This document shows, piece after piece, positions 43,253 to 53,999 of a stretch of DNA of 64,000 bases (within the stretch, counting starts at the first letter, position 1; each line of letters opens with the position of its first letter). The DNA lies in the NCBI GenBank assembly GCA_051971635.1, contig JBFPLN010000003.1:384001-448000 (forward strand), written 5' to 3'. The position numbers were made by a program, and so were the translations under genes. The notes below the pieces were generated by a model, which saw only the letters and a list, made by a program, of their open reading frames with translations, was not told where the DNA came from and searched no databases. This DNA comes from Candidatus Atelocyanobacterium thalassae. GTDB lineage: Bacteria; Cyanobacteriota; Cyanobacteriia; Cyanobacteriales; Microcystaceae.

Positions 43253-44065
43253 TTAACCAAAATGTCCGCTTACATAATTTTTAGTGTCTAACTTAGTCGG
43301 ATTTTCAAAAATTATTTTTGTATTATTATATTCTGCTAAAAATCCTACTTTTCTTCCCTTTTTATCGGTTTCTGCATTAAAGAATGCTGTGTAGTCAGCT
43401 ATTCTTTTTGCTTGTTGCATATTATGAGTTACCAGAATAACGGTATAGTTCTGCCTTAAGTCATTTATTAGTTCTTCTATTTTTAAAACTGATATTGGAT
43501 CTAAAGCTGAACAAGGTTCATCCATAAGAATAACTTCTGGCTTAGCAGCTATTGTACGGGCTATACATAATCTCTGTTGTTGTCCTCCAGATAGAGAGAA
43601 GCCACTTTCTCCTAATTTGTCTTTTACTTCATCCCAAAGAACTACTTTTTTTAAAGAGCTTTCTACCAATTCATCCAAATCTCCCTCGAATCCGTTAATT
43701 CTAGCTCCATAAGCTACGTTATTGTAGATAGTTTTTGGGAAAGGATTCGGTTTTTGAAACACAATACCAATACGTTTTCTTACTTCAATAGGATCAATAT
43801 TAGAAGCATACAAATCTTGCTTATAATATGTGATCTTGCCTTTGAGATAAAAGGAATCAACTAAATCATTAAGTCTATTCAAAGATCTTAATATTGTACT
43901 CTTTCCACATCCAGAAGGTCCGATTAAGGCGGTAACTCTATTCTTAGGAATTGTAAAAGTAACATCACGGATAGCTTTATGTTTACCGTAATAGACATTA
44001 ACAGAATTTAAAGTAAAAATTGTTTCTAGGTTTTCTAAAGATTGACAATTTTGCATATATTCCAT
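43253..44065 (-). CDS. pstB: Phosphate ABC transporter ATP-binding protein (proximal copy)
   Basis: [38 protein letters not shown]. Confidence 0.95.
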   Translation of the reverse strand: MEYMQNCQSLENLETIFTLNSVNVYYGKHKAIRDVTFTIPKNRVTALIGPSGCGKSTILRSLNRLNDLVDSFYLKGKITYYKQDLYASNIDPIEVRKRIGIVFQKPNPFPKTIYNNVAYGARINGFEGDLDELVESSLKKVVLWDEVKDKLGESGFSLSGGQQQRLCIARTIAAKPEVILMDEPCSALDPISVLKIEELINDLRQNYTVILVTHNMQQAKRIADYTAFFNAETDKKGRKVGFLAEYNNTKIIFENPTKLDTKNYVSGHFG

Positions 44066-44086
44066 ATTACATTGTATTTATCTAAG

Positions 44087-44968
44087 TTAATGAATTTTTT
44101 GGCGAGCAGCTAGACGAGATGCAACACTTGTTATTAATACCAAGAAAACTAAAATCAAAGAAGCAGACCAAGCAAGTTGTTTTTGGGGTGCAAAAGGCAC
44201 AACCGAAAAGTTATAAATCAATACTGAAAGAGTAGCGATTGGTTCTAAAAGTCCCTCGGGAGGGTTACTAGCCCAAAAATTTGAATACAGTGCTGTAAAA
44301 AGTAAAGGAGCTGTTTCTCCTGCTGCACGAGCGACTGCTAAGGTTATTCCTGTTACTATAGTGGGAGCTGCTGCTGGTAAGACTACCCCTAATACTGCCT
44401 GATAATTGTATGCTCCAATCCCTAAAGCTGCCCAGCGTAGATCTTGTGGAACAATTTGCAAAGCCTCATCAGTCGTTTTTGTAATAGTAGGTAACATTAG
44501 TACAGAAAGAGCAGTTCCCCCAGCGATAGAAGAAAATCCTATAATTTTTGTTGCTATCAATAGTCCATATATAAATACTCCAATAAGTATAGAAGGAACT
44601 CCGCTTAGAACACTAGCGGCAAACCTAACCCAGTAAGCAATTTTATTATCACCACTAAATTCTGCAAGATAAATGGCTGCAAGAATTCCTATGGGGATCG
44701 CAATTAAAGAACCAATACCGACAGTTAACAAAGTACCAACAATTGCATGAGCAACCCCACCTTCTGAATATCCAGGAGGTGGCGAAAGTTGAGTGAAAAG
44801 TGGGTAGTCAATCCTACGAACACCACTGTATCCTACAAAGAATAATACTGCAAATAATGGGATAAGAGTGCATAACATACATAAAGAAGCAACACCAGTC
44901 CAAAAGCTGTCAGATAATGAACGAGTATTTATAAGCTTTCTTGTAAGACTTAATTCTTTATCTTCCAT
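44087..44968 (-). CDS. pstA: Phosphate ABC transporter permease PstA
   Basis: AAIYLAEF, LSGVPSI, ARAAGETAPLLFT. Confidence 0.95.
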   Translation of the reverse strand: MEDKELSLTRKLINTRSLSDSFWTGVASLCMLCTLIPLFAVLFFVGYSGVRRIDYPLFTQLSPPPGYSEGGVAHAIVGTLLTVGIGSLIAIPIGILAAIYLAEFSGDNKIAYWVRFAASVLSGVPSILIGVFIYGLLIATKIIGFSSIAGGTALSVLMLPTITKTTDEALQIVPQDLRWAALGIGAYNYQAVLGVVLPAAAPTIVTGITLAVARAAGETAPLLFTALYSNFWASNPPEGLLEPIATLSVLIYNFSVVPFAPQKQLAWSASLILVFLVLITSVASRLAARQKIH

Positions 44969-45251
44969 AGTTAAATAATGTTTAGTAATGGTTCATAAAC
45001 TCTTAAACAGAACAGGAAGTTTATGCAAGTGAGGAAAAAGAGACTTTTTTAGAATAATTATTCTAATAAATAATCCCATTCTGAAAGTTAGTTCAAATTG
45101 GACAGTAAGCTAGAGTAAAGAGATCTTTCTAGAGAAGAGATCTCATAAATTATTATCTCATAAACTATTAGCTAACAAGTGATCATAAATTTAGTTTAAA
45201 AAATTATTTAAGATTGTTTTATTACTTAGTCTCTGCTCTTTTAAGAGTTAA

Positions 45252-46211
45252 TTATTTAACACGAGCTTTATCAACAACAAAGCCAGCAACTATGTTTACA
45301 ATAAATGTTAAAAATAATAATACCAAACCTGCATACATTAATGCTGAGACTTGCATTCCTGAAGCTTCAGCAAATTGACTAGCAATAAGAGAAGAGATAG
45401 TATTAGCAGGTTCTAAAACAGATACACTAATTTTATTAACATTACCAATAATCATAGTAACAGCCATAGTTTCTCCCATCGCCCTACCTAAAGCTAGCAT
45501 AATACCTCCGGCAATGCTAGGGAAAGCAGCAGGAAGAAGAACACGGAAAAGTGTCTCCCAACGAGTTGCGCCTAAACCTAAAGAAGCTTGCTTCAAATCA
45601 ACAGGAAGAGAATCTAGAGATTCTCTAGAAATGGCGGTAATAATAGGCACAATCATAATGGCTAAAATAATACCTGATGCAAGAAGACCTGTACCACCTA
45701 TTGGAGGTCTACTGAAGATTGGTATCCAATAAAAAGTATTATACAGCCATTCAGCAAGGGGATGCACTACAGGCGTTAAGACGAAGATACCCCAAAGGCC
45801 GTAAACAACACTAGGAATAGCTGCAAGTAATTCTACGAGAAAGACTAATGGGATTCTGATCTGAGTAGGAATAAAATCCTTCCCCAAAAAAATAGCTGTT
45901 CCAACACCTAAAGGAGCGGCAAAAAGTAACCCAATAAAAGAGCTGGCGATAGTACCATAAACAACAGGTAACGCACCATAATTTTCACGCCCAATAACCG
46001 GATTCCAAGACGTACTGAGGATAAAACCAACCCCATATTCTAAAATAGCTGGCCATGCACGCCAAATGATAACACCAAAGATGGCAACTAATATTGAGCT
46101 AATTCCCATAGCAAGTCCTAGAGTTAGTAGCTCAAACCACCTATCAATGGTTTTCTCGAATGTAAAACGAGATCCTAATCCTGTTTGTCGTCTAGAAAAT
46201 AATCGGGTCAC
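45252..46211 (-). CDS. pstC: Phosphate ABC transporter permease PstC
   Basis: ELLAAIPSVVYGLWG, LGATRWET, LGRAMGETMAV. Confidence 0.95.
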   Translation of the reverse strand: MTRLFSRRQTGLGSRFTFEKTIDRWFELLTLGLAMGISSILVAIFGVIIWRAWPAILEYGVGFILSTSWNPVIGRENYGALPVVYGTIASSFIGLLFAAPLGVGTAIFLGKDFIPTQIRIPLVFLVELLAAIPSVVYGLWGIFVLTPVVHPLAEWLYNTFYWIPIFSRPPIGGTGLLASGIILAIMIVPIITAISRESLDSLPVDLKQASLGLGATRWETLFRVLLPAAFPSIAGGIMLALGRAMGETMAVTMIIGNVNKISVSVLEPANTISSLIASQFAEASGMQVSALMYAGLVLLFLTFIVNIVAGFVVDKARVK

Positions 46212-46331
46212 AATAAACCTAGTAATTTTTGTGCTTTAAAAAACAACAATGAAAAAAGAAGAGAACTGAAATCCAGAATTTTATGGTAGAAAATATTCAT
46301 CAATCAGGCAATTAAAGCTAGGACTCTCAGA

Positions 46332-47489
46332 TTATTGCTTAGTCTGATCAAACTCAGTAAGATTAATATCATAGTCAGGACTAATTGTATCAGCTACTAA
46401 TGCCACTTTCTCTCTAACGCTAAGTGGTAAAGTGATATAGCCTAGAGCTTTACTTTGATTCTGCCCTTCAGTTAAAGCGTACTCTATCATGGTCTCCATT
46501 GCAATTGCTTTTTTAGGTTCATCGTAGCTTTTATAGGCTAGGATCCAGGTATAAGTAACGATAGGATAAGAATCTTTTCCTTGAGGGTCTGTAATAAAGG
46601 CACGTAGATTATCTGGCAGTTCGACTGCTTCAAGAGTCTTAGAGGCAGTTTCACTATTAGCTTCAATGTAATTACCTGAAGCATTTTCCAGAAGAGCAGT
46701 AGGCAGTTGACTATTTTTAGCATAGCCATACTCAATATAACCAATTGCTCCTTTATTCTGTTGAATAAGAGCAGTTACTCCGGCATTCCTTTTTCCTCCA
46801 ATAAATTTTCCTTTAGTAATTGGCCATTCAACACTTCTACCTTGACCGATATCAGTCTCCCATTGTTGGCTAATAGTGCTGAGATGCTTTGTAAATACTC
46901 CTGTAGTACCACTGCCATCAGAGCGGTGGACAACAGTTATAGGTAAATTAGGTAGTTGTTGATTTGGATTTAATTCGGAAATCTTCGGATCATCCCAGTA
47001 AGTGATTCTCCCACTAAAAATATCGACATAAGCTTCTCTTGAGAGTTTTAGTTCAGTAATACCAGGCACATTATAAGCAATTACGATACTGCCAGCAGTT
47101 ATAGGAAGCATGTGAACTCCTTTATCTACTCTACTAATCTCTGCATCTTCCATCGCTACATCACTAGCTCCAAAATCTACTATTCCCATAGTAAATTGTC
47201 TTACACCAGTTCCGCTACCCATAGACTGGTAATCAATTTGTAAGTTAGGTATGGACTGGTGAATTTGTGCAAACCAATTTTGATATAAAGGAGCTGGAAA
47301 TGATCCACCTGTTCCAATTAGGGAAACATTTTCTTCTATTGGAAATTTTGCTGCTATATCTATTTGAGGGTTGGAGTCACTTGTTTGAATATTAGAAGGA
47401 TTGCCGCCACAGGCTTCTAGAGTTGCAACCAAAGTTATAATCGATAGTGAGGTTACTGTCTGTTTAATTGATTTCACAGTTTTAAACAT
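46332..47489 (-). CDS. pstS: Phosphate-binding lipoprotein PstS
   Basis: Lipobox-like LEAC, GSFPAPLY, DYQSMGSGTG, VDFGASD, HRSDGSGTT, YPIVTYTW. Confidence 0.95.
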   Translation of the reverse strand: MFKTVKSIKQTVTSLSIITLVATLEACGGNPSNIQTSDSNPQIDIAAKFPIEENVSLIGTGGSFPAPLYQNWFAQIHQSIPNLQIDYQSMGSGTGVRQFTMGIVDFGASDVAMEDAEISRVDKGVHMLPITAGSIVIAYNVPGITELKLSREAYVDIFSGRITYWDDPKISELNPNQQLPNLPITVVHRSDGSGTTGVFTKHLSTISQQWETDIGQGRSVEWPITKGKFIGGKRNAGVTALIQQNKGAIGYIEYGYAKNSQLPTALLENASGNYIEANSETASKTLEAVELPDNLRAFITDPQGKDSYPIVTYTWILAYKSYDEPKKAIAMETMIEYALTEGQNQSKALGYITLPLSVREKVALVADTISPDYDINLTEFDQTKQ

Positions 47490-47897
47490 AAGAAGTTAAT
47501 TAATTAAATAATCTAAACAAATATTAGAGCAGAATTGAACATCTACGACAGATATTTTGTTAAAAATTGAAAATAAAATAATATCGGGTAAAACATTAAT
47601 AATCAATGTATAAAGTAAGATCAAGAACTATCTTACTCGATTAAATAATGAATTTCAAAAAACTTATTTTAATTAAAACAAGTTTTTTAGCAATAAAGAA
47701 AGCCTCAGTCTTAAGTATTTTTATAATTTTGTTAGTTTTACATAATTATCTCAAGAAAATTAAAAAATATTGAAATCATTTCTTCTCAATAAAACAGCAT
47801 TGTTTATGTTCTAATTTTACAACTGTTGTTTAGAGTAATTAGCTTAGGTAAATAGTACTAATATCGTACTTTTCTACAGAACTATCTTTTGAGACCT

Positions 47898-47967
47898 TCA
47901 ATTATTCTATTTTCTACTAATATTTTTTGTGAGATAAAAAAGTATTAGTAGAAAATAGAATGATTGA
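47898..47967. repeat. Long inverted repeat (about 31-bp arms, 2 mismatches) in the divergent pstS/pgeF spacer
   Basis: tcaattattctattttctactaatatttttt ... aaaaagtattagtagaaaatagaatgattga. Confidence 0.85.
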
Positions 47968-48191
47968 CTTATATTTTGAGTTTTCCATAAGATATTTATA
48001 CAATGAAAATTGTACAATATTATTCAACTATACGATTACCTACATATGATAAACAAATAATAGTATAATAGGCGATGTTTTTGATAATCTTTTCAAGTAA
48101 AATTTTAGGAAAATGATAAGTTATGGCAATATAGCAATATAAATAAATATCTTTGATAATATTTATTCCCATATCTTAATCCTAGCTTCAA

Positions 48192-48989
48192 ATGATGAAT
48201 GACAAATCAAACACAGACTGGCAATGGAAGGTCTTGAAAAGCTTGCCTTATCTAACTTGTAGGCTTTTGGACAAATGGCCTCATGGCTTTTTTACCCGAT
48301 CTTTTTATCCTCTATTACCTGAAGAGATAGGAAGAAACCTTTATTTGGACATAACAAACTATCGACTGAAACAGGTACATAGCAACCTTATCTTATCATC
48401 TGATGAAATAAATAAATTTTCTTTAAATGGTGGCTTACTTTTAGGAGATGGAATTATTTCTAACAAGAAAAAACAAGCTCTTTGGGTAGCTAGTGCAGAC
48501 TGTGTACCTATTCTTATAGGAGATCGTAAAACAGGTTTTATTGCTGCAGTTCATGCCGGTTGGAAAGGAACTGCACAACGAATTGCACCAGAAGCAGTCG
48601 TTCGGTTACAAAATTTGGGAAGCTCTATAGAAGATTTATATGTTGCAATGGGACCGGCTATTAGTGGACATGTATATCAAGTTTCTAGAGCGGTTGCTAC
48701 AAAAATATTAACTAGTTTATTCAATCATAAAAAAAATTATGACTTAGAGAACATGTTAGATTCTTTAAGTAATACTTCTAGTATTCCTATTTTTTTTAAC
48801 CATATAAAAAATAAACTATGTATAAGTATTACTCAAGTTAATCAGCTTCAACTAGAGCAAATAGGTGTTGAGAAAGACAAAATATCCATTGCTCCTTATT
48901 GTACATATCAATCTTCTTCTAGTTTTTTTTCTTATAGACGTACTAATGCTAAACAAATTCAATGGGCAGGTATTATTTCAGGTGAATAA
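48192..48989 (+). CDS. pgeF: Peptidoglycan editing factor / purine nucleoside phosphorylase (YfiH/PgeF)
   Basis: HGFFTR, KQVHS, SADCVPIL, AVHAGWKG, GPAI, CT...FFSYRR. Confidence 0.92.
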   Translation: MMNDKSNTDWQWKVLKSLPYLTCRLLDKWPHGFFTRSFYPLLPEEIGRNLYLDITNYRLKQVHSNLILSSDEINKFSLNGGLLLGDGIISNKKKQALWVASADCVPILIGDRKTGFIAAVHAGWKGTAQRIAPEAVVRLQNLGSSIEDLYVAMGPAISGHVYQVSRAVATKILTSLFNHKKNYDLENMLDSLSNTSSIPIFFNHIKNKLCISITQVNQLQLEQIGVEKDKISIAPYCTYQSSSSFFSYRRTNAKQIQWAGIISGE

Positions 48990-49557
48990 CTTTTTTAAAT
49001 GATTTCATTTATCAATTATTACAATACTATTCTTTCTTTCAGATTTTATAAGAAATTGTCTTAAATATAGAGTGAATGACAATAACAAATTATTTTTAAA
49101 ATTTTTATTTTTTATAAAAATAATTTTTGCTTGACATAGTTTTATTTTTTAAGATTAACAATTAATCAGGATTATTGTTTTGATTATTTTAAGAGGATAT
49201 TAGTTTTAGGTATAATCCGCACTACATAAAATTTAAAATAATAATTTGTACACTAATTTTTTTATCTTTTAGTATTTATTTTCAACAGATTATTTTAAAA
49301 GTTGATAAGTTATGACTAGTTATATTTGTGATGATTAGAAAATTCTATATTTCTAATATCTAAGCTATATTACTTTTTATGAGTCTTATCAAGTATTTAT
49401 CTCGAGTAACTTTTACCCAATTAGTCAATGACAAATAAAATAAAAAAGAACTACTTAGAGTGTCTTCGTATGTCTGAAAAGACTTGTTCGCAAAAATCTT
49501 GAATGACTGTACACCTTTTAATTATACTTAGTTATTGAGGTATTTAAAGAAGAATTT

Positions 49558-51249
49558 ATGACCGAATCAACCCCTGCCTCGAATGTCTCTAATACTTTAA
49601 TTGGACGTCTTCCTTCAAAAGGGTGGATAGTAGTAGTCATAATGATTGCTGCTCTAATCTCAACTCCTATATTATTTGTATTCAGTAGTGTTTTTACTGA
49701 TGCAGGAGCTATTTGGCAGCATTTAGCTGATACGGTTTTAACCGACTACATACTAAATTCTTTATGTTTAATGCTAGGCGTAGGAATTGGAGTGTTAATT
49801 ATTGGGGTTACAACTGCATGGCTTGTCAGTCTTTGTTATTTTTCGGGGTGTGATTGGTTTGAATGGCTTTTATTGATGCCTTTGTCTGCGCCAGCCTATC
49901 TATTGGCTTATACTTATACCGACATGTTGGATTATTATGGTCCCGTACAAATAGCTCTTAGAAATTGGTTTGGATGGCAAGATTTTAATGATTACTGGTT
50001 CCCAAATATTCGTTCACTATGGGGAGCAGTTGTTATGTTAATTTTGGTGCTCTACCCTTATGTTTATCTATTAGCAAGAACTGCTTTTTTAGAACAGTCT
50101 ATTTGTACACTAGAAGCTAGTCGTTCTCTAGGTTGTAGCCCATGGCAAAGTTTTTTAAAGGTTACTCTTCCTTTAGCTCGTCCAGCTATTATAGCAGGAT
50201 TAGCTTTGTCCTTAATGGAAACATTGAATGATTTTGGGACTGTTCAATATTTTGGAATCAACACTTTTACGACAGGTATCTTTAGTATTTGGTTTGATTT
50301 TGGAGAGAGGCAAGCAGCTGGCCAATTAGCTGCCTGTCTGATGTTGTTCATTTTTTGTTTAATTATTTTAGAATTATGGTCTCGTCGAAAGATCCGCTAC
50401 TATCAAAATAGTAGTGCTCGTATAAGATTACCTCGCTACCAGTTAAAATCGTGGCGAGGCTTGGTTGCTTGGCTAGTTTGTTTCTTGCCTTTTTTAGGTG
50501 GATTTCTCATACCTGCTATTTATTTAACTAAATTAGTTATTGCTAATTTTACCACTGCTTTTGCCAATAATTTTTGGGGTTTAGCTAGTCATAGCTTAAC
50601 TGTTGCCTTCATAAGCTCAATCCTTTCTGCTACTTTAGCGCTAGTCATGGCTTATGGACAACGTTCAGAAAATAACCTTCTTACAAATATATCTATTAAA
50701 GTTGCTGCTCTCGGATATGCTATTCCAGGATCAGTTATTGCAGTAGGGATATTAATTCCTTTAGGACGTTTGGATAATATGATCACCAACTTTATTGGAC
50801 AAATTTTTGAGATCAAAATCGGTTTGTTAATTAGCGGTACAATAATAGCCTTGATTTATTCTTATCTAGTGAGATTTCTGGCCGTTGCCTTTGGGTCAGT
50901 TGATTCGAGTCTGGGAAAAATAAAACCTAGTCTAGACGATGCTGCGAGAAGCTTAGGATCTACACCTAGAAAAATTTTAATTAAGATTCATACACCTTTG
51001 ATGACTGGTGGGATACTTACAGCAATTATGCTAGTTTTTGTAGATGTGATGAAAGAGCTTCCTGCTACCCTGGTCATTCGTCCTTTTAACTTTGATACCT
51101 TAGCAATTAGAGTTTATCAATATGCTTCAGACGAACGGCTGTCAGAAGCTGCTGCACCGGCATTGGCTATTGTTTTAGTTGGCTTAATTCCTGTTATTTT
51201 CCTTAGTTGGCAAATTACCAGATCACGACGTCATCAAGATTCTTTTTAG
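49558..51249 (+). CDS. futB: Fe(III) ABC transporter permease (FutB/FbpB)
   Basis: YPYVYLLAR.AF, EASRSLG, LPLARPAI, METLNDFG, VDVMKELPATL..RPFNFDTLA. Confidence 0.9.
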   Translation: MTESTPASNVSNTLIGRLPSKGWIVVVIMIAALISTPILFVFSSVFTDAGAIWQHLADTVLTDYILNSLCLMLGVGIGVLIIGVTTAWLVSLCYFSGCDWFEWLLLMPLSAPAYLLAYTYTDMLDYYGPVQIALRNWFGWQDFNDYWFPNIRSLWGAVVMLILVLYPYVYLLARTAFLEQSICTLEASRSLGCSPWQSFLKVTLPLARPAIIAGLALSLMETLNDFGTVQYFGINTFTTGIFSIWFDFGERQAAGQLAACLMLFIFCLIILELWSRRKIRYYQNSSARIRLPRYQLKSWRGLVAWLVCFLPFLGGFLIPAIYLTKLVIANFTTAFANNFWGLASHSLTVAFISSILSATLALVMAYGQRSENNLLTNISIKVAALGYAIPGSVIAVGILIPLGRLDNMITNFIGQIFEIKIGLLISGTIIALIYSYLVRFLAVAFGSVDSSLGKIKPSLDDAARSLGSTPRKILIKIHTPLMTGGILTAIMLVFVDVMKELPATLVIRPFNFDTLAIRVYQYASDERLSEAAAPALAIVLVGLIPVIFLSWQITRSRRHQDSF

Positions 51250-51716
51250 AATTTTTAATGATAGAAATTTTAATTATTATCTCATAATTAAAATTGTAGA
51301 AAGATGTTTTATTTCCAGCAAAGGAGTTGAAATTTGTTGAATAAATCGACTCTTATTAAGTAGATTAAATCAAGATTAGGCGATTTAATATATTTTACAG
51401 CTTATGAAATAACATAGTATTTTTTTAATTGCTAGACGAGATAGCCTAAAACGATCAATATTACTTTCTTAAGATGCTGTATTCTCTCTAATCTAATTCG
51501 GTCAAAGTAATCTACAATTAACTACGATCACTATAAAAAACACAGAGTAAATCATCTAGACTTTTCTAGAACCTATAAAATAAAAACTACTCAAAATTTA
51601 TATTATGAGAGGTTGGTTTTAGTGTGGACTAGTTATAAAGGCAACATTTATGTTCCCTCTGAGTATTACCTAATGGTAAAAATTACCTACTATCAAATCT
51701 AAAGCTAGAAATAAAT

Positions 51717-53804
51717 ATGACGAAAGACTTGACTTATTATCGTAACATTGGCATCTTTGCTCATGTAGACGCTGGAAAAACTACCACTACTGAAAGAATC
51801 CTAAAACTGACAGGTAAGATCCATAAAATTGGTGAAGTACACGAAGGTGCAGCAACTACTGATTTTATGGAACAAGAGCAAGAAAGAGGTATTACCATCC
51901 AATCTGCAGCTACTAGTTGCTTCTGGAGAGATCATCAATTAAATATTATCGATACGCCAGGTCACGTTGATTTTACTATCGAGGTTTACCGTTCTTTAAA
52001 AGTTTTAGATGGTGGTATTGGCGTTTTTTGTGGTTCAGGAGGTGTAGAGCCTCAGTCTGAAACAAACTGGCGTTATGCTAATGATTCTAAAGTTGCACGT
52101 ATTGTTTATATTAATAAGCTAGACAGAACTGGTGCTGATTTTTTCAGAGTTGTTAAACAAGTTGATGAAATATTAGCTGCCAAGCCTCTCGTAATGGTAT
52201 TACCTATTGGAATAGAAAATGATTTTCGTGGTGTAGTAGATCTACTTACTGAAAAATCATGGACTTGGGATGATTCTGGAGATCCTATGAAATATACAAT
52301 AGGGGATGTTCCTGAAGATATGAAAGAACAAGTAGCAGAATATCGAGAAACGTTAATCGAAACTGCTATAGAACAAGACGATAGCTTGATGGAAAAGTAT
52401 CTCGAAGGAGAAGAATTAACTATTGACGAAATTAAGTCTTGTGTTCGGAAAGGTACTCGTGATCTTGCTTTCTTTCCTGCTTATTGTGGTTCTTCCTTCA
52501 AAAATAAAGGAGTCCAATTAGTACTAGACGCTGTTATTGACTATCTCCCTAATCCTATGGAGGTAAAACCTCAACCAGAGGTAGATTTAGAAGGAAAAGA
52601 AACAGGAAACTATGCTGTTGTAGATCCTGAAAAACCTTTAAGAGCGTTGGCGTTTAAAATAATGGATGATCGCTTTGGATCACTAACTTTTACTCGTATT
52701 TATTCAGGAAAAGTTGCCAAAGGTGATACCGTACTAAATACTGCAACAGGAAAAACAGAAAGAATTAGTCGCTTAGTAGAAATGCATGCTGATTCTCGAG
52801 AAGAAGTAGAGTCTGCACAGGCAGGAGATATTATAGCTATTGTAGGTATGAAAAATGTTCAAACAGGTCATACTTTATGCGATCCCAAACTACCTGCGAC
52901 ATTAGAGCCTATGGTTTTCCCAGATCCTGTTATATCTGTTGCGGTTTCACCAAAGAAAAAGGGTGAAAATGAGAAAATGGCTTTAGCTATAAGTAAAATG
53001 GTTCAAGAAGATCCATCGTTTCATATGGAAACAGATAAGGAGAGTGGCGAAACCATAATTAAGGGTATGGGAGAGCTACATTTAGATATCAAGGTTGATA
53101 TTCTTAAACGTACTCACGGCATCGAAGTAGAAGTGGGTAAACCACAAGTAGCTTATCGTGAATCTATCACTAAAGTTATTAAGGATACTTATATTCATAA
53201 AAAACAATCTGGTGGTTCTGGTCAATTTGCTAAAATTGACTACAGTATTGAACCAGGAGAACCTGGTAGTGGTTTCCAATTTACTTCAAAAGTTACAGGA
53301 GGTAACGTCCCAAGAGAATTTTGGCCTGCAGTGCAAAAAGGTTTTGAATCTAGTGTGAAAAAAGGTGTTCTTGCTGGCTATCCTTGCGTAGATTTAACGG
53401 TAACTCTTTCAGATGGAGGATTTCATCCGGTTGATTCCTCGGCAATAGCTTTTGAGATTGCAGCTAGAGCTGCCTACCGTCAGACAGTTCCCAAGGCTGG
53501 ACCTCAATTATTAGAACCCATTATGAATGTAGATGTTTTTACTCCTGAAGATTATATGGGAGACGTCATAGGTGATATTAATCGCCGTCGTGGTATGATT
53601 AAATCTCAAAATTCTACACCCATGGGAGCACGAATTAAAGCAGACGTGCCTTTAAGTGAAATGTTTGGCTATATAGGTGATTTACGTACAATGACATCTG
53701 GACGTGGTCAGTTTTCCATGGAATTTGCCCACTATGCTCCAGCTCCAAGTAATGTAGCGGAAGAAGTAATTAAAGAAGTAAAAGAGCGTCAAGCGTCTTC
53801 TTAA
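51717..53804 (+). CDS. fusA: Elongation factor G, stand-alone paralogue outside the str operon
   Basis: [52 protein letters not shown]. Confidence 0.95.
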   Translation: MTKDLTYYRNIGIFAHVDAGKTTTTERILKLTGKIHKIGEVHEGAATTDFMEQEQERGITIQSAATSCFWRDHQLNIIDTPGHVDFTIEVYRSLKVLDGGIGVFCGSGGVEPQSETNWRYANDSKVARIVYINKLDRTGADFFRVVKQVDEILAAKPLVMVLPIGIENDFRGVVDLLTEKSWTWDDSGDPMKYTIGDVPEDMKEQVAEYRETLIETAIEQDDSLMEKYLEGEELTIDEIKSCVRKGTRDLAFFPAYCGSSFKNKGVQLVLDAVIDYLPNPMEVKPQPEVDLEGKETGNYAVVDPEKPLRALAFKIMDDRFGSLTFTRIYSGKVAKGDTVLNTATGKTERISRLVEMHADSREEVESAQAGDIIAIVGMKNVQTGHTLCDPKLPATLEPMVFPDPVISVAVSPKKKGENEKMALAISKMVQEDPSFHMETDKESGETIIKGMGELHLDIKVDILKRTHGIEVEVGKPQVAYRESITKVIKDTYIHKKQSGGSGQFAKIDYSIEPGEPGSGFQFTSKVTGGNVPREFWPAVQKGFESSVKKGVLAGYPCVDLTVTLSDGGFHPVDSSAIAFEIAARAAYRQTVPKAGPQLLEPIMNVDVFTPEDYMGDVIGDINRRRGMIKSQNSTPMGARIKADVPLSEMFGYIGDLRTMTSGRGQFSMEFAHYAPAPSNVAEEVIKEVKERQASS

Positions 53805-53861
53805 TTAAAAAAATTTTCTAATATGAATATATTTCCCAATTGAAAAATATTATTTATTAGT

Positions 53862-53929
53862 ACTTCAACATATATGATTTTCTTCTATTTGAATTAATTC
53901 AAATAGAAGAAAATCATACATGTTGAAGT
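53862..53929. terminator. 68-bp near-perfect spacerless palindrome between convergent fusA and the spoIID-like gene
   Basis: acttcaacatatatgattttcttctatttgaatt|aattcaaatagaagaaaatcatacatgttgaagt, one mismatch. Confidence 0.8.
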
Positions 53930-53999
53930 TGCTTTTATCTTAGTTAAATTTTATATAATTTATTTTTTTATGTAAAAATTATACAACTTACCACATTAG

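Noticed and set aside
47490..47700. Pho box upstream of pstS
   Set aside because: No convincing PyTTAAPyPy(T/A) repeats at 11-bp period; partial matches are expected by chance in AT-rich DNA
51255..51295. Fur-box-like AT-rich sequence near futB
   Set aside because: It lies downstream of futB and is better explained as a 12-bp hairpin (51266-51295); low specificity
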